Shown one piece after another: positions 9,613 to 20,957 of a stretch of DNA of 38,284 nt. The notes under the pieces were generated by a model. The model was not told the origin of the DNA and did not search any database. It was given only the letters and a program-made list of their open reading frames with translations. The stretch's first letter is position 1. Each line of letters starts with the position of its first letter. Source of the stretch: an uncultured Candidatus Saccharibacteria bacterium (GTDB lineage: Bacteria > Patescibacteriota > Minisyncoccia > Minisyncoccales > PEYH01); the NCBI GenBank assembly GCA_964422845.1, contig CAYRCT010000003.1, positions 1 through 38,284 of the forward strand. The letters are read 5' to 3'. Position numbers and translations under genes: made by a program.

Positions 9613-10554
9613 TTAATGTATTCTCTTTCTCCGCAGTAAAAACAAAAACAAAAGAACAAACAAAAGAAAACCTGCTAGAAATAAAATTTTAGTTGAAGGC
9701 AATTCTTTGTTTTCAAAAAATCCCCTAATGGATTCAAAAATTGATGCTTGGGCCCTATTTGGATCTAAGGGAAAAATATCTTTTGAATCAATCACTCCGT
9801 CCTCATCAGTATCTACTTTTAACGGATTAGTGCCGAGCTCAACTTCTTCTTTATCTGATAACTCATCTTTATCTGTATCAATGATTAAAGGATCTGTTTC
9901 GTAAATCCATAATTCTTCCTCGTCTTTCAATCCATCGTTATCATCGTCCTCATCAGTATTGTCCCCAATGCCATCTTTGTCACTATCTTTTGACTCATTA
10001 CTATCTAAGGGAAAAATATCTTCTCCATCTATTGCACCGTCACCGTCTGTGTCTGCAATTAAAGGATTTGTGCCCCAGATAATCTCTGTATCATCAAAAA
10101 GACCATCATCGTCGTCGTCAGGATCATAAAAATTTCCTATCCCATCTTCATCAGTGTCTGTGTCAACAAAAAAATTCTGCTTAATAACAGAATTATTTTC
10201 TATATTCTCGTCTATCGGACTGGTCTCAACAATATCGACTTCAATTTCATAAGTGCCTTGCTCAACAATCCAATCAATAAAAACATCATCATAAGTGTTT
10301 GTGCGTATAGAAATTGGTTGTGGCTCGGCTAATTTCTCGCCATTATTTAAAAAAATAACCTCACCATAAACATCTTTGTCGCCAAGATTAAAAACCCGAG
10401 CAAAAATTCGTATTCTCTCTCCTTCTATGGGTTCTTCTTTGGAAAAAACCACATCTGAAGCGCTGATAGATAGATCGGTCTTGGCAAAAACGAATTGAAA
10501 AGAAAATAGAACAAAAATTCCTATTCCTAAAATAATAAAATTTAATTTTTTCAC
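9613..10554 (-). CDS. Surface protein with CARDB/Ig-like domain, thrombospondin type-3-like Ca-binding repeats and C-terminal TM anchor
   Basis: Signal peptide, DLSI...VFNLG...ENIENN, repeated DTDxDG/FPLD, terminal hydrophobic helix plus RRKR. Confidence 0.8.
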   Translation of the reverse strand: MKKLNFIILGIGIFVLFSFQFVFAKTDLSISASDVVFSKEEPIEGERIRIFARVFNLGDKDVYGEVIFLNNGEKLAEPQPISIRTNTYDDVFIDWIVEQGTYEIEVDIVETSPIDENIENNSVIKQNFFVDTDTDEDGIGNFYDPDDDDDGLFDDTEIIWGTNPLIADTDGDGAIDGEDIFPLDSNESKDSDKDGIGDNTDEDDDNDGLKDEEELWIYETDPLIIDTDKDELSDKEEVELGTNPLKVDTDEDGVIDSKDIFPLDPNRAQASIFESIRGFFENKELPSTKILFLAGFLLFVLLFLFLLRRKRIH

Positions 10555-10598
10555 TTTACTAAAAACATAAAAATAATCTATTTTGATCTCTATGTATG

Positions 10599-10919
10599 TT
10601 AACTAATTTTACTCCCACAAAGCATCTCCTTATCGGGTTTTAAAAGCGCTAACTTGCCATCGTTATTAACAGCTAGAAGCATTCCTTGACTCTCTAATCC
10701 AAATATAACTCTTGGCTCTAGGTTCGCAACTATAACAATCTGTCTGTTAATTAATTCTTCTACTTCATACTCTGTGGCGATCCCTGCTATAATCTGCTTC
10801 TCTTCGGAGCCCAAATCTACCTTCAGCTTCAAAAGTTTATTAGAGCCCTCAACTTTTTCAGCGACAATTATATTTCCAATTCTTAAATTTAATTTTTGAA
10901 ATTCTTCAAAATTAATCAT
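10599..10919 (-). CDS. Standalone tRNA-binding OB-fold protein (MetRS C-terminal/CsaA/Trbp111-like)
   Basis: FEEFQKLNLRIG, KLLKLKVDLG, VANLEPR, SQGMLLA. Confidence 0.9.
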   Translation of the reverse strand: MINFEEFQKLNLRIGNIIVAEKVEGSNKLLKLKVDLGSEEKQIIAGIATEYEVEELINRQIVIVANLEPRVIFGLESQGMLLAVNNDGKLALLKPDKEMLCGSKIS

Positions 10920-10963
10920 ATTTTTAAAAATAAATTAAGCTATTTTCAATTCTAAAATTCTAT

Positions 10964-11188
10964 TTATTCTTTGCTCTCACCATCTATGTCCTTTTTAATT
11001 TCTTCAAACTCGTTCTCGATAGATTGAAGTCTCTTCCTACTTGTTTTAATAAGTTCTGCGGCTTGTTTTACTTTTTTCAGTCCTTCTTCAATATCAACTT
11101 CTTCTTGATTATCAAACCATGTTGTAATTTCAGAAAGCTGTTTAAGATTCTTAGTTAAATTTTGAGTACTAACATCTTCTTTAGTCAT
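10964..11188 (-). CDS. xseB: Exodeoxyribonuclease VII small subunit
   Basis: Short coiled coil (DIEEGLKKVKQA) directly downstream of xseA. Confidence 0.85.
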   Translation of the reverse strand: MTKEDVSTQNLTKNLKQLSEITTWFDNQEEVDIEEGLKKVKQAAELIKTSRKRLQSIENEFEEIKKDIDGESKE

Positions 11189-11195
11189 TTTAACT

Positions 11196-12473
11196 TTATT
11201 TAATTTTATTAATTTTTTTAATCTTAGAAACAATTAATCCGTCGACTAAACGAATATCCAAATCCCCTCCCGTGCTCACGCTTCCAACACTTTTGACTAT
11301 TTTACCATTAAATCGCGCGATGCTATAGCCGAGTTTGAGTTGTCTCTCGGGATTATTGAAAAAAATTATTTTAGTAATATTTTCTATTTTTTGGCTAACC
11401 GTGGATATAAATGACTCAAATTTTAGAACAATTGATTTGCTCCACAAACTTTTTAAATTGATTTCGGTTTTTTGCAAACAATAAGCGAAATTTTGAAAGG
11501 CAATCCTTGTATTTGTGTCAATCTTTCTATATTTTTCAAAAATTAAATCTTTTATTTCATAAATGGTCCGCAATGACTGTTCTAAAATCAAAGAGGCATC
11601 AGTCACTATTTCTTCATAATTGTCTATAATATATCTTTCTCGCCTTTCTAATAATAAAATGGCTTGGTCCCATGATTGATTTAATAAATTTGCCACTGCA
11701 GTTGGGGTTGAAACCATAGCATCGGCTGCCAAAGCGATAAGTGAAATATCTTTGTCATGGCCCACACCAACTATCACGGGCACTGGAAAATCTACTATTG
11801 CCCTTACTAACACTTCGTTGTTAAAAGGCATCATTGATTCTAGTGATCCGCCTCCTCTCATTATAGCCAAAACTTCTATATCTTTATTCTCAAAACTTTT
11901 GATTGCATTAAGTATTTCTTTTACTGCTTCCTGCCCTTCAACTCTTGCGTCAATCATTTTTGTCTTAAATCCATATTTCCCCAGATTATTAAGAAAGTCG
12001 TGAATAACCGCTCCTTGTTTCGAAGTAATGACCCCAATTTTTTCGGGAAAATTAGGAATTGCTCTTTTCTTCTCTTCTTTAAAAAGCCCTTCTTCGGTTA
12101 ATTTATTCTTTAATTCATCGTACGCTTTTTTCAAAGCTCCTTCACCTTTAAGTTCAATCGTGTTTGCCTTAAAACTTAGAGTTCCTCTTGGCGCATAGAT
12201 ATCGGGACATCCGTTCATAATTAATTCCTGACCAATTTCAATTTTTACACCGCATAAATTATAATTATTTCTCCAAATTATACAATTTACGAGAGCGTTT
12301 CCAGATTTATCCTTAACAGCAAAATACACATGCCCAGTAGGGCCCATTTTTACCGAAGAGACCTCCCCCGTTATTTTTGCAGCTCCGAATTTTTTTAACC
12401 CTATGTTAAGAAATTCTATATATTCGGAAACTGAAAAAACAGGATTTAATTCTAATTCTTTTTTCTCTGGCAT
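11196..12473 (-). CDS. xseA: Exodeoxyribonuclease VII large subunit
   Basis: GEVS...GHVYF, GVITS, RGGGS, GVGH, TPTA. Confidence 0.95.
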   Translation of the reverse strand: MPEKKELELNPVFSVSEYIEFLNIGLKKFGAAKITGEVSSVKMGPTGHVYFAVKDKSGNALVNCIIWRNNYNLCGVKIEIGQELIMNGCPDIYAPRGTLSFKANTIELKGEGALKKAYDELKNKLTEEGLFKEEKKRAIPNFPEKIGVITSKQGAVIHDFLNNLGKYGFKTKMIDARVEGQEAVKEILNAIKSFENKDIEVLAIMRGGGSLESMMPFNNEVLVRAIVDFPVPVIVGVGHDKDISLIALAADAMVSTPTAVANLLNQSWDQAILLLERRERYIIDNYEEIVTDASLILEQSLRTIYEIKDLIFEKYRKIDTNTRIAFQNFAYCLQKTEINLKSLWSKSIVLKFESFISTVSQKIENITKIIFFNNPERQLKLGYSIARFNGKIVKSVGSVSTGGDLDIRLVDGLIVSKIKKINKIK

Positions 12474-12478
12474 AATAT

Positions 12479-13552
12479 TTAAGCGTCCGCTTTTATTTCA
12501 ATTACATCTCCGTCCTGAACAACATAATCCTTTCCCTCTGTTCGGATTAAACCATTCTCTCTGGCCTTAGAAAATCCTTCTGAATCAATAAGTTTCTGCC
12601 AATTAATCACTTCTGCTTTTATAAAATGAGTTTCAAAATCGCTATGAATTACTCCACCTGCTTGGGGAGCTCTTTCTCCTTTTTTTAATGTCCAGCCACG
12701 AGTTTCGTCTGGACCAGTAGTAAGAAAAGTAATTAAATCCAATAACTTATAGCATTCTTTTACTAAAGATTCTATTTGCGACTTTTCTGCCAGCCCAAAA
12801 GAAATTCTCTGCTCTACATCAAAATCAACTGCTTCAAATTCAGTTAAAATATCAATGATCAAAAATGGCCAATTATTTTTCTTAAAACCATCTATTACAC
12901 TATCTGGGATTTCGTCCTTTGAACCGTTTAATAAAAATAATCTTGGTTTTATGGTTAAAAACTGATAACTATTCAAAATTTTGCTTTCGTCCTCGTTCCA
13001 TTGTATTTCAGACAATAATTTTCCTTTTTGTAAAAATTCTTGAGCTTTACTTAAAACTTGAAATTCTTTTTCAACATTTTTTTCTTTTATTTTTGATTTA
13101 AGTTCTTTCTCTAAACTCAAAACTCTTTTCTCAACTGTTTCCAAATCCTTTAAAACCATTTCTGTATCTAGAATTTCTTTGTCTCCAAAAACGTCTATTT
13201 CTGACTGTGTATTAATAATGTTTTTATTGCTAAAACAACGCAGGATATAAAGAATCGCGTCAACTTCTCTAATGTTAGCTAAAAATTTATTACCTAATCC
13301 TTCGCCCTTGCTTGCTCCTTTTACTAAGCCAGCAATATCGACAAATTCTACTATTGTATAGATTTTCTTTGCCGACGAGGTTAATTCAGCTAATTTGTCT
13401 ATTCTTTCATCAGAAACAGCAACAACGCCGACATTTGGATCTATCGTGCAAAAAGGATAATTGGCGCAATCAACTTCTTTTTTTGTTATTGCTTGGAATA
13501 GCGTTGACTTGCCAACGTTGGGCAAACCAACAATGCCAATATGTAAAGACAT
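12479..13552 (-). CDS. ychF: Ribosome-binding ATPase YchF
   Basis: [43 protein letters not shown]. Confidence 0.97.
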   Translation of the reverse strand: MSLHIGIVGLPNVGKSTLFQAITKKEVDCANYPFCTIDPNVGVVAVSDERIDKLAELTSSAKKIYTIVEFVDIAGLVKGASKGEGLGNKFLANIREVDAILYILRCFSNKNIINTQSEIDVFGDKEILDTEMVLKDLETVEKRVLSLEKELKSKIKEKNVEKEFQVLSKAQEFLQKGKLLSEIQWNEDESKILNSYQFLTIKPRLFLLNGSKDEIPDSVIDGFKKNNWPFLIIDILTEFEAVDFDVEQRISFGLAEKSQIESLVKECYKLLDLITFLTTGPDETRGWTLKKGERAPQAGGVIHSDFETHFIKAEVINWQKLIDSEGFSKARENGLIRTEGKDYVVQDGDVIEIKADA

Positions 13553-13625
13553 ATTATTGTTATTAAATATAGATTTCCACGGCTAAAATCGTGGTTTTCG
13601 CTTTCTTGAAATAAAATCCTCCTTA

Positions 13626-13883
13626 TTAACCCATTAGTCCCGTCACCTGGGACATTCTACCAGCTATGGTTTTTTGTATTTTTGTCATTGCTTCGTTGAT
13701 GCAATCTTTTAATATTCTTTCTTGTTCTTCTTTCGTTAATTCTGAATTAAGCTCTATACTTTCTATATTCATCTTTCCATTAACAATTACCTTAATACCT
13801 TGTTTTTCTGCTTCGGCTGATTCCATTGAAAGAGAATCGCTCATTTTTTTAAGCTCTTTTAATTGTTGCATTTTTTCAAACAT
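13626..13883 (-). CDS. YbaB/EbfC family nucleoid-associated protein
   Basis: MQQLKELKKM...IKVIVNG...INEAMTK pattern and size. Confidence 0.8.
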   Translation of the reverse strand: MFEKMQQLKELKKMSDSLSMESAEAEKQGIKVIVNGKMNIESIELNSELTKEEQERILKDCINEAMTKIQKTIAGRMSQVTGLMG

Positions 13884-14022
13884 ATAAATTTATTAATTTA
13901 ATGATTCTTTTCAGACTAGTATTATTGTTGATTATTGGCAAATATATCATAACACTAACCACTATTCTTTCCAAAAAAAGGACCAAGCGAGCATTGCCAG
14001 CTTGGTCAAGTTGTACGGAGAA

Positions 14023-14298
14023 TTATCTGGGATCAGATATCTCACGAAAAATCCCAGCTTCTTCCATCTCTGCCAAATTTATTTCTGCTATAGACACGAT
14101 AACCCGTGACGAAGACATCTTCTCAATAACCGAAAAGTCAATCCCTGCAGTATCCAATCTCTTAGAAAAAACTAAACATTTCTCATCGGCCATCTTTCTA
14201 TCGTGAAAAAATTTACCGTAATGGAAAATGCCAACTTCCACTGGTTTTTCAATTTCCTTGTGTAATACTTGGCAATCGAAATACTTTGACTTGCCCAT
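14023..14298 (-). CDS. Hypothetical protein (91 aa), standalone transcription unit
   Basis: AGGAGG SD, TTGACA...TAAGAT upstream on the minus strand, hairpin at 13981-14007 downstream. Confidence 0.65.
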   Translation of the reverse strand: MGKSKYFDCQVLHKEIEKPVEVGIFHYGKFFHDRKMADEKCLVFSKRLDTAGIDFSVIEKMSSSRVIVSIAEINLAEMEEAGIFREISDPR

Positions 14299-14366
14299 GT
14301 TGACCTCCTATAATGTGCAGATAATAAATCTTAAAATATAACAATCTAATTGTCAAACAAAAACCG

Positions 14367-15434
14367 CCCGACTTCAAACAATCAACGCAACGACTGAATT
14401 CTGTTAGAATAAAGAAATGAAAAAATATAAGAGATTAAGTTTCGAAGAGAGAGAAGAAATTAGCAGAGGAATATGGGCGAATGAATCTTTTGCCCATATT
14501 GCTAGAAGAATTAACCGCCCGACAAGCACGGTAACCAGAGAAGTTAAGGGAAAGATAATATACAAATGGTGCTATCGAGCTGAGAAGGCCCAAAAGAGAG
14601 CGGAAAGATTAAGAAAACAAGGTCGACGGTCTAAAAAGATATACTCAAACGAGAAACTAAAAAGCTATGTCTATGATAAATTAAGAATAGAATGGTCTCC
14701 AGAAGAGATTGCCAAAAGGATTAAGCTGGATTATCCTAAAGATAAGAATATGCGCATTTCACATGAAACAATATACAGGCATATATATTGTCTTCCAAGG
14801 GGAAAATTAAAAGCTGAATTAATGAGAGGATTGAGACAGGAAAGGAAAATGAGACAACCAAGGAAATATGCTCATTACAGAAAGCAGAGAATACAAGACA
14901 TTATCAGTATTTCCGAGCGTCCGGAAGAGGTTAAAGATAGAATAGTCCCAGGCCACTGGGAAGGAGATTTAATAGTTGGAAAAAAACATGAAAGTGCCCT
15001 GGGAACGTTAGTTGAAAGAACAACAAGATTGACATTACTCGTTCCTCTTAAAACAAAGGATTCTCTTGGTGTTAGAAAATCTTTTGCCAAAGCATTCGAG
15101 AGGATACCTATACAGTTTAAGAAGACATTAACCTATGATAGAGGAACTGAGATGAGCCAGCATAAACTCTTTACCAGGGAAACGAAGATTCAAGTTTACT
15201 TTGCAGATCCTTACAGTCCATGGCAAAGAGGAACCAATGAGAATACTAATGGTTTGATAAGACAATATTTTCCCAAGGGCACTGATTTTAGGAAAATATC
15301 GCTTAAGGAAATAAGGAAAGCTGAACAGAGATTGAATTCTAGGCCTAGAAAAGTGCTCAAGTATTACACGCCATCAGAGAAATTTTACGAATTAATTACT
15401 GGTCAGAAAGTTGCGTTAGAAACTTGAATCCAGC
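14367..15434 (+). mobile_element. IS30-family insertion sequence with imperfect ~25-bp terminal inverted repeats and probable 3-bp CCG target duplication
   Basis: Left end CCCGACTTCAAACAATCAACGCAAC vs reverse-complemented right end GCTGGATTCAAGTTTCTAACGCAAC; CCG at 14364-14366 and 15435-15437. Confidence 0.85.
14417..15427 (+). CDS. IS30-family DDE transposase, apparently intact
   Basis: N-terminal HTH, ISHETIY, GHWEGDL, TYDRGTE, PWQRGTNENTNGLIRQYFPKG. Confidence 0.97.
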   Translation: MKKYKRLSFEEREEISRGIWANESFAHIARRINRPTSTVTREVKGKIIYKWCYRAEKAQKRAERLRKQGRRSKKIYSNEKLKSYVYDKLRIEWSPEEIAKRIKLDYPKDKNMRISHETIYRHIYCLPRGKLKAELMRGLRQERKMRQPRKYAHYRKQRIQDIISISERPEEVKDRIVPGHWEGDLIVGKKHESALGTLVERTTRLTLLVPLKTKDSLGVRKSFAKAFERIPIQFKKTLTYDRGTEMSQHKLFTRETKIQVYFADPYSPWQRGTNENTNGLIRQYFPKGTDFRKISLKEIRKAEQRLNSRPRKVLKYYTPSEKFYELITGQKVALET

Positions 15435-15485
15435 CCGCTTAAAAAGCGATTTTTAATAATGTTTACAAATAAAATAATTTTAAAT

Positions 15486-15932
15486 TTATTTTGTTGAAAA
15501 AGTTTTTTTATTTCTTCTGTATCTTTTGGCTACATTAATACGAGACATTTCTTTTCCTAACAATGACTGTAATACAGCATAATCAAAATCAACCTCATGT
15601 TTTCTTTCTTCCATTAAATTTTCCACTCTTTTCCTTGCTTTTTCTGCCCTCTCGAGATCAATGTGTTCAGCTCTCTCTGCTCGATCAGCTAAAATAACTA
15701 CTCCAAAATTTGGTCTAAATTCTAAAATTCCAGAAGAAATTGAAAGAGAAGTATTTTGTCCTTTTTCTGTTTTAAGAATTATTTCTCCTGATTTAATGGG
15801 AGTAACTATTGGTATATGGCCCGCTAAAATAGTCAATTCACCTGTTATAGCAGGAATGGTCGCACTAACATATCTATCACTTATAATGACTTTTTCCAAT
15901 GTTACAATTCTAACATGCAAATATTTTGCCAT
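15486..15932 (-). CDS. atpC: F1 ATP synthase epsilon subunit
   Basis: GELTILAGHIP, ADRAERAEHIDLERAE; operon position. Confidence 0.93.
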   Translation of the reverse strand: MAKYLHVRIVTLEKVIISDRYVSATIPAITGELTILAGHIPIVTPIKSGEIILKTEKGQNTSLSISSGILEFRPNFGVVILADRAERAEHIDLERAEKARKRVENLMEERKHEVDFDYAVLQSLLGKEMSRINVAKRYRRNKKTFSTK

Positions 15933-15941
15933 AAAAATACA

Positions 15942-17324
<1,383 letters not shown>

Positions 17325-17356
17325 TTATATAAAAAATAAATTGTTAATATATTTAA

Positions 17357-18259
17357 TCATTTGGAAGCTATTGCGCCAGAAGAAATCTCTAATATCTCCT
17401 GTGTTATTGAAGCTTGTCTAGCTTTATTGAATGAAAACGAAAGATCGTCAATCACGTCAGAAGCGTTTTCAGAGGCGCTTTTCATCGTTATCATTCGGGA
17501 AGAGTGTTCGCTAGCATTCGACTCAAGCAAACTATGATAGAGCTGTATATCAGCCAAGTGTGGTAAAATCTCATCTAAAACACTATTCGCATCGGGTTCA
17601 AATAAACAATTTGCTAAATTTTTATTCTCAATAATTTCTTCATCCTCGTTGCGCCCTATCCGATTGATTAATTCGTAAAGCACTTTTTCTGAAACTGGCA
17701 AGAGCTTTCTTGCTAGAACCTCATACTTAATAGAAGAAACAAAATCAGTATAAATAATATTCACCTGATCGTATGTTTTATTAATAAAACCATCAACTGC
17801 CAAACGACTACAAGGAAAAATCTCTTCAATAAGCGGCTTTTCTGAAATATCTGTAAAACTAGCTATATATTTGCCATAATTTTGTTTAATTTTCTTTTCA
17901 ACTTTTTTCCCAATAGTAATAAAATCTATTTCTGCACTGGAATGAGTTTTTACAAATTCGTCTACCTTTTTGAAAACATTGCTATTATAGCTACCACAGA
18001 GACCTTTATTAGAAGCAAACACTATAGCAAGAATTTTCTTTACTTCTCTTTGTTCTAAAAGAGGATGACTTGCTTCTCTCTCTCTGTTAATGTTCACTAA
18101 AAGTTCTAAGGCAATTTTAATATAAGCTCTCGTTGCTAACGCTTGATTTATAGCATGCTTCATTTTATAAGAAGAAACCATTTCCATAGCTCTAGTTATC
18201 TTTCCGATATTCTTAACCGACTGAATTCTTTTTTTAATTGTCTTAATCTGAATCGGCAT
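17357..18259 (-). CDS. atpG: F1 ATP synthase gamma subunit
   Basis: KITRAMEMV, GLCGSYN, ARQASITQEILEI. Confidence 0.96.
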   Translation of the reverse strand: MPIQIKTIKKRIQSVKNIGKITRAMEMVSSYKMKHAINQALATRAYIKIALELLVNINREREASHPLLEQREVKKILAIVFASNKGLCGSYNSNVFKKVDEFVKTHSSAEIDFITIGKKVEKKIKQNYGKYIASFTDISEKPLIEEIFPCSRLAVDGFINKTYDQVNIIYTDFVSSIKYEVLARKLLPVSEKVLYELINRIGRNEDEEIIENKNLANCLFEPDANSVLDEILPHLADIQLYHSLLESNASEHSSRMITMKSASENASDVIDDLSFSFNKARQASITQEILEISSGAIASK

Positions 18260-19754
18260 TATTTTCTTTTTTCACAAATTCTTCAATCGCTTGTTTTAAT
18301 TCTTTTTCTATCTCTTGATTCCAATCTTTAATTAATTTATCCAAAAGCTTTCTCTTGCTCATATCAAAAAAATTAAAAAATTTCCCTTGCCAATCTTTAA
18401 TTTTGTCGACACCTATGGTGTCGAAGTACCCATTGTTAACAGCATAGATAATGGCAATCTGATGACTCGCCGATAGTGGAAAATATTGCGGTTGTTTCAA
18501 CATCTCAACAATTCTAACCCCCCTGTTGAGTTTCTCTTTGGTCTTAGAGTCTAAGTCGCTAGCAAATTGAGCAAAAGCCTCTAGCTCACGATATTGAGCC
18601 ATATCAAGTTTCATTTGGCCAGCAACTTTTTTCATTGCCTTAAGTTGAGCATTCCCGCCAACGCGAGAAACAGATGTCCCGATATCTAGTGCGGGACGAA
18701 TACCCTTATTAAAAAGATTGGTTTCTAAAAATATTTGGCCATCAGTAATCGAAATAACATTCGTTGGGATATATGCGGAAACATCTCCCGACTGAGTTTC
18801 TATAATCGGCAGGGCTGTCACCGACCCTCCTCCGGCCTCCTTGTTTCGCCTACAAGCTCTTTCTAATAATCTAGAATGAAGATAAAAAACATCGCCGGGA
18901 TAGGCTTCTCTTCCTGATGGTCGTCTTAAAAGTAAAGAAATCTCCCTATAAGCCTGGGCGTGCTTGGAAAGATCATCATATATGATTAAAACATCTTTCC
19001 CTTGATCCATAAAAAATTCTGACAAAGCTGCTCCCGAATAAGGGGCGACATAAGAAAAAGATGCTGGCTCACCAATTCCAGCAACAATGACTATAGTATA
19101 CTCAAGGGCTCCAGTTTCTTTAAGCTTTGCAACAATGCGAGCGACCTTAGACTTTTTCTGTCCAATAGCCACATAAATACAAATCATATTCTGACCTTTC
19201 TGATTAATGATCGTATCAACTGCGACAGCTGTCTTGCCCGTTTGGCGATCACCAATAATCAACTCTCTCTGGCCTCTACCAATCGGAATCATGGAATCAA
19301 TAGACATAATTCCTGTTTGGACTGGTTCGCTAACCGGCTCACGATCCATTATTCCTGGAGCATTTTTTTCAATGGGATACAATTTTGTTGATTTAATTTC
19401 TTTTTTTCCTCCATCAATCGCTCGACCCAATGGGTCAACGACTCTTCCTATCATTTCTTCGCTTGCCGGAAAAGATAATACTTTTTTTGTTCTTTTTACG
19501 ATGTCCCCTTCTTTTATGCTCTCATAATCACCAAGTAAAATAGCTCCGACAAAATCTTGTTCTAAATTAAGAGCTACCCCTAAAATATTATTAGGAAATT
19601 CAAGCATTTCAAAAGATTGACAATTATTAAGGCCACTCAAGTAGGCAATACCGTCACCAATTTTTACAACTTCGCCGACTTCGTTAATATCAATCTCTAG
19701 CTTAAAATCATCGAGTTGTTTCTTTAAGTTTTGAATTAAATCTTCTATGGGCAT
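18243..19754 (-). CDS. atpA: F1 ATP synthase alpha subunit
   Basis: GRGQRELIIGDRQTGKT, REAYPGDVFYLHSRLLER. Confidence 0.98.
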   Translation of the reverse strand: MPIEDLIQNLKKQLDDFKLEIDINEVGEVVKIGDGIAYLSGLNNCQSFEMLEFPNNILGVALNLEQDFVGAILLGDYESIKEGDIVKRTKKVLSFPASEEMIGRVVDPLGRAIDGGKKEIKSTKLYPIEKNAPGIMDREPVSEPVQTGIMSIDSMIPIGRGQRELIIGDRQTGKTAVAVDTIINQKGQNMICIYVAIGQKKSKVARIVAKLKETGALEYTIVIVAGIGEPASFSYVAPYSGAALSEFFMDQGKDVLIIYDDLSKHAQAYREISLLLRRPSGREAYPGDVFYLHSRLLERACRRNKEAGGGSVTALPIIETQSGDVSAYIPTNVISITDGQIFLETNLFNKGIRPALDIGTSVSRVGGNAQLKAMKKVAGQMKLDMAQYRELEAFAQFASDLDSKTKEKLNRGVRIVEMLKQPQYFPLSASHQIAIIYAVNNGYFDTIGVDKIKDWQGKFFNFFDMSKRKLLDKLIKDWNQEIEKELKQAIEEFVKKENNADSD

Positions 19755-19766
19755 ATTTTAATGTTA

Positions 19767-20150
19767 TTATTTAAGAGTATTTTTAAGCTTAATAAATTGA
19801 TTTTTAATGCTGGCATCAAAAATAGAGCCATGGTAATAAGCGATGAACCCTCCTTTTATTTCTTTATCTATTTCTATATCAACATTAGATTCGTTGGCTA
19901 CACCAACAAATTTTTTAATTTTTTGAATAGTTTCTTCAGAAACCGACTCGAACAATCTAATATATAATCTGTCTTCTTTGTTTTGTTTTTTCTTCGTTCT
20001 CTCTAGCAGTTTTATTACTCTTGACAATTCGTGCATGGCCCTACTATCCTTAAGGGAACTAATAAAAATTTCAACTATTTCTTTTGTCTTGCTAGGATAC
20101 TGATTGCCAAATTCAATTAAAATTTGCGTTGTCTTTTCAACAGAAAACAT
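19767..20150 (-). CDS. atpH: F1 ATP synthase delta subunit (short form)
   Basis: IDKEIKGGF...FDASIKNQF; lies between atpF and atpA. Confidence 0.85.
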   Translation of the reverse strand: MFSVEKTTQILIEFGNQYPSKTKEIVEIFISSLKDSRAMHELSRVIKLLERTKKKQNKEDRLYIRLFESVSEETIQKIKKFVGVANESNVDIEIDKEIKGGFIAYYHGSIFDASIKNQFIKLKNTLK

Positions 20151-20656
20151 TATTGCTTTATCTTAATTATTTTTTCAATAAAATTTTTGTTTTGTTTTGC
20201 ATCAAATTTCTCTCTTAAAAATCGTTCTGCTGCGAAAATAGATAGTTCTATCGTCTCTTCTTTGATTTCAGCCATCGTCTGCTCCTTTTTGCTGTGAATT
20301 TCTTTTTTGGCTTTTTCCATAGATTGCTCAATTTTTTTCTGGGATTCTTCGTCGGCTCTTTCAATTATATTATCATGCAATTTCTGCGCTTCACCAACAA
20401 TTTTATTAGCTTCTGTTTTTGCCTTCCTTATCTCCTCCTGATACTTTTCTTTAGCCATGTTTAATTCGCTTGCAGCTCTTTTTGCATCATTAAGTCCCTT
20501 CTCAATTTTGTTTTGCCTTTCTTTCAATAATTTTTGTATCGGAGAAAAGGCAAACTTTTTTAACACAAAAAAAACAATGCCAAAGTTGACTAATTGCGCC
20601 AAAAAAATTTTCCAATCTATGCCCAAATTTTTAATAATCGGATCAAAAACATTCAT
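20150..20656 (-). CDS. atpF: F0 ATP synthase b subunit
   Basis: LGIDWKIFLAQLVNF, TM then coiled coil with ERQNKI. Confidence 0.93.
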   Translation of the reverse strand: MNVFDPIIKNLGIDWKIFLAQLVNFGIVFFVLKKFAFSPIQKLLKERQNKIEKGLNDAKRAASELNMAKEKYQEEIRKAKTEANKIVGEAQKLHDNIIERADEESQKKIEQSMEKAKKEIHSKKEQTMAEIKEETIELSIFAAERFLREKFDAKQNKNFIEKIIKIKQ

Positions 20657-20692
20657 AATCAAAAAAATGTAACATTACTATACTCTTCTCTT

Positions 20693-20917
20693 TTACATGA
20701 TTAGCGCAATAACTAACGCGTAGATAGCAGAAGTTTCTGCTAATGCTGCCCCCAAAATCATCATTGGGAAAATACGTCCGGACGCTTCCGGATTTCTACC
20801 AATCGCTTCAAGTGCTTTTCCTATTAAATATCCTTCTCCTAGGGCTGACCCTAACATAGAAAGAGTACAAATACCTTTTGCGATATATTTTGCTGCTTCT
20901 GGACTTAAACCTTCCAT
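20693..20917 (-). CDS. atpE: F0 ATP synthase c subunit
   Basis: Helical hairpin with GRNPEA loop and AETSAIY. Confidence 0.96.
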   Translation of the reverse strand: MEGLSPEAAKYIAKGICTLSMLGSALGEGYLIGKALEAIGRNPEASGRIFPMMILGAALAETSAIYALVIALIM

Positions 20918-20957
20918 AATTTTTAATTAAATATTAATTATTAATTTTCTAATCAAA

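Noticed and set aside
9760-10165. DNA-level tandem repeat or diversity-generating element
   Set aside because: The repetition is explained by Asp-rich thrombospondin type-3-like protein repeats; no reverse transcriptase or template/variable repeat pair is in the window.
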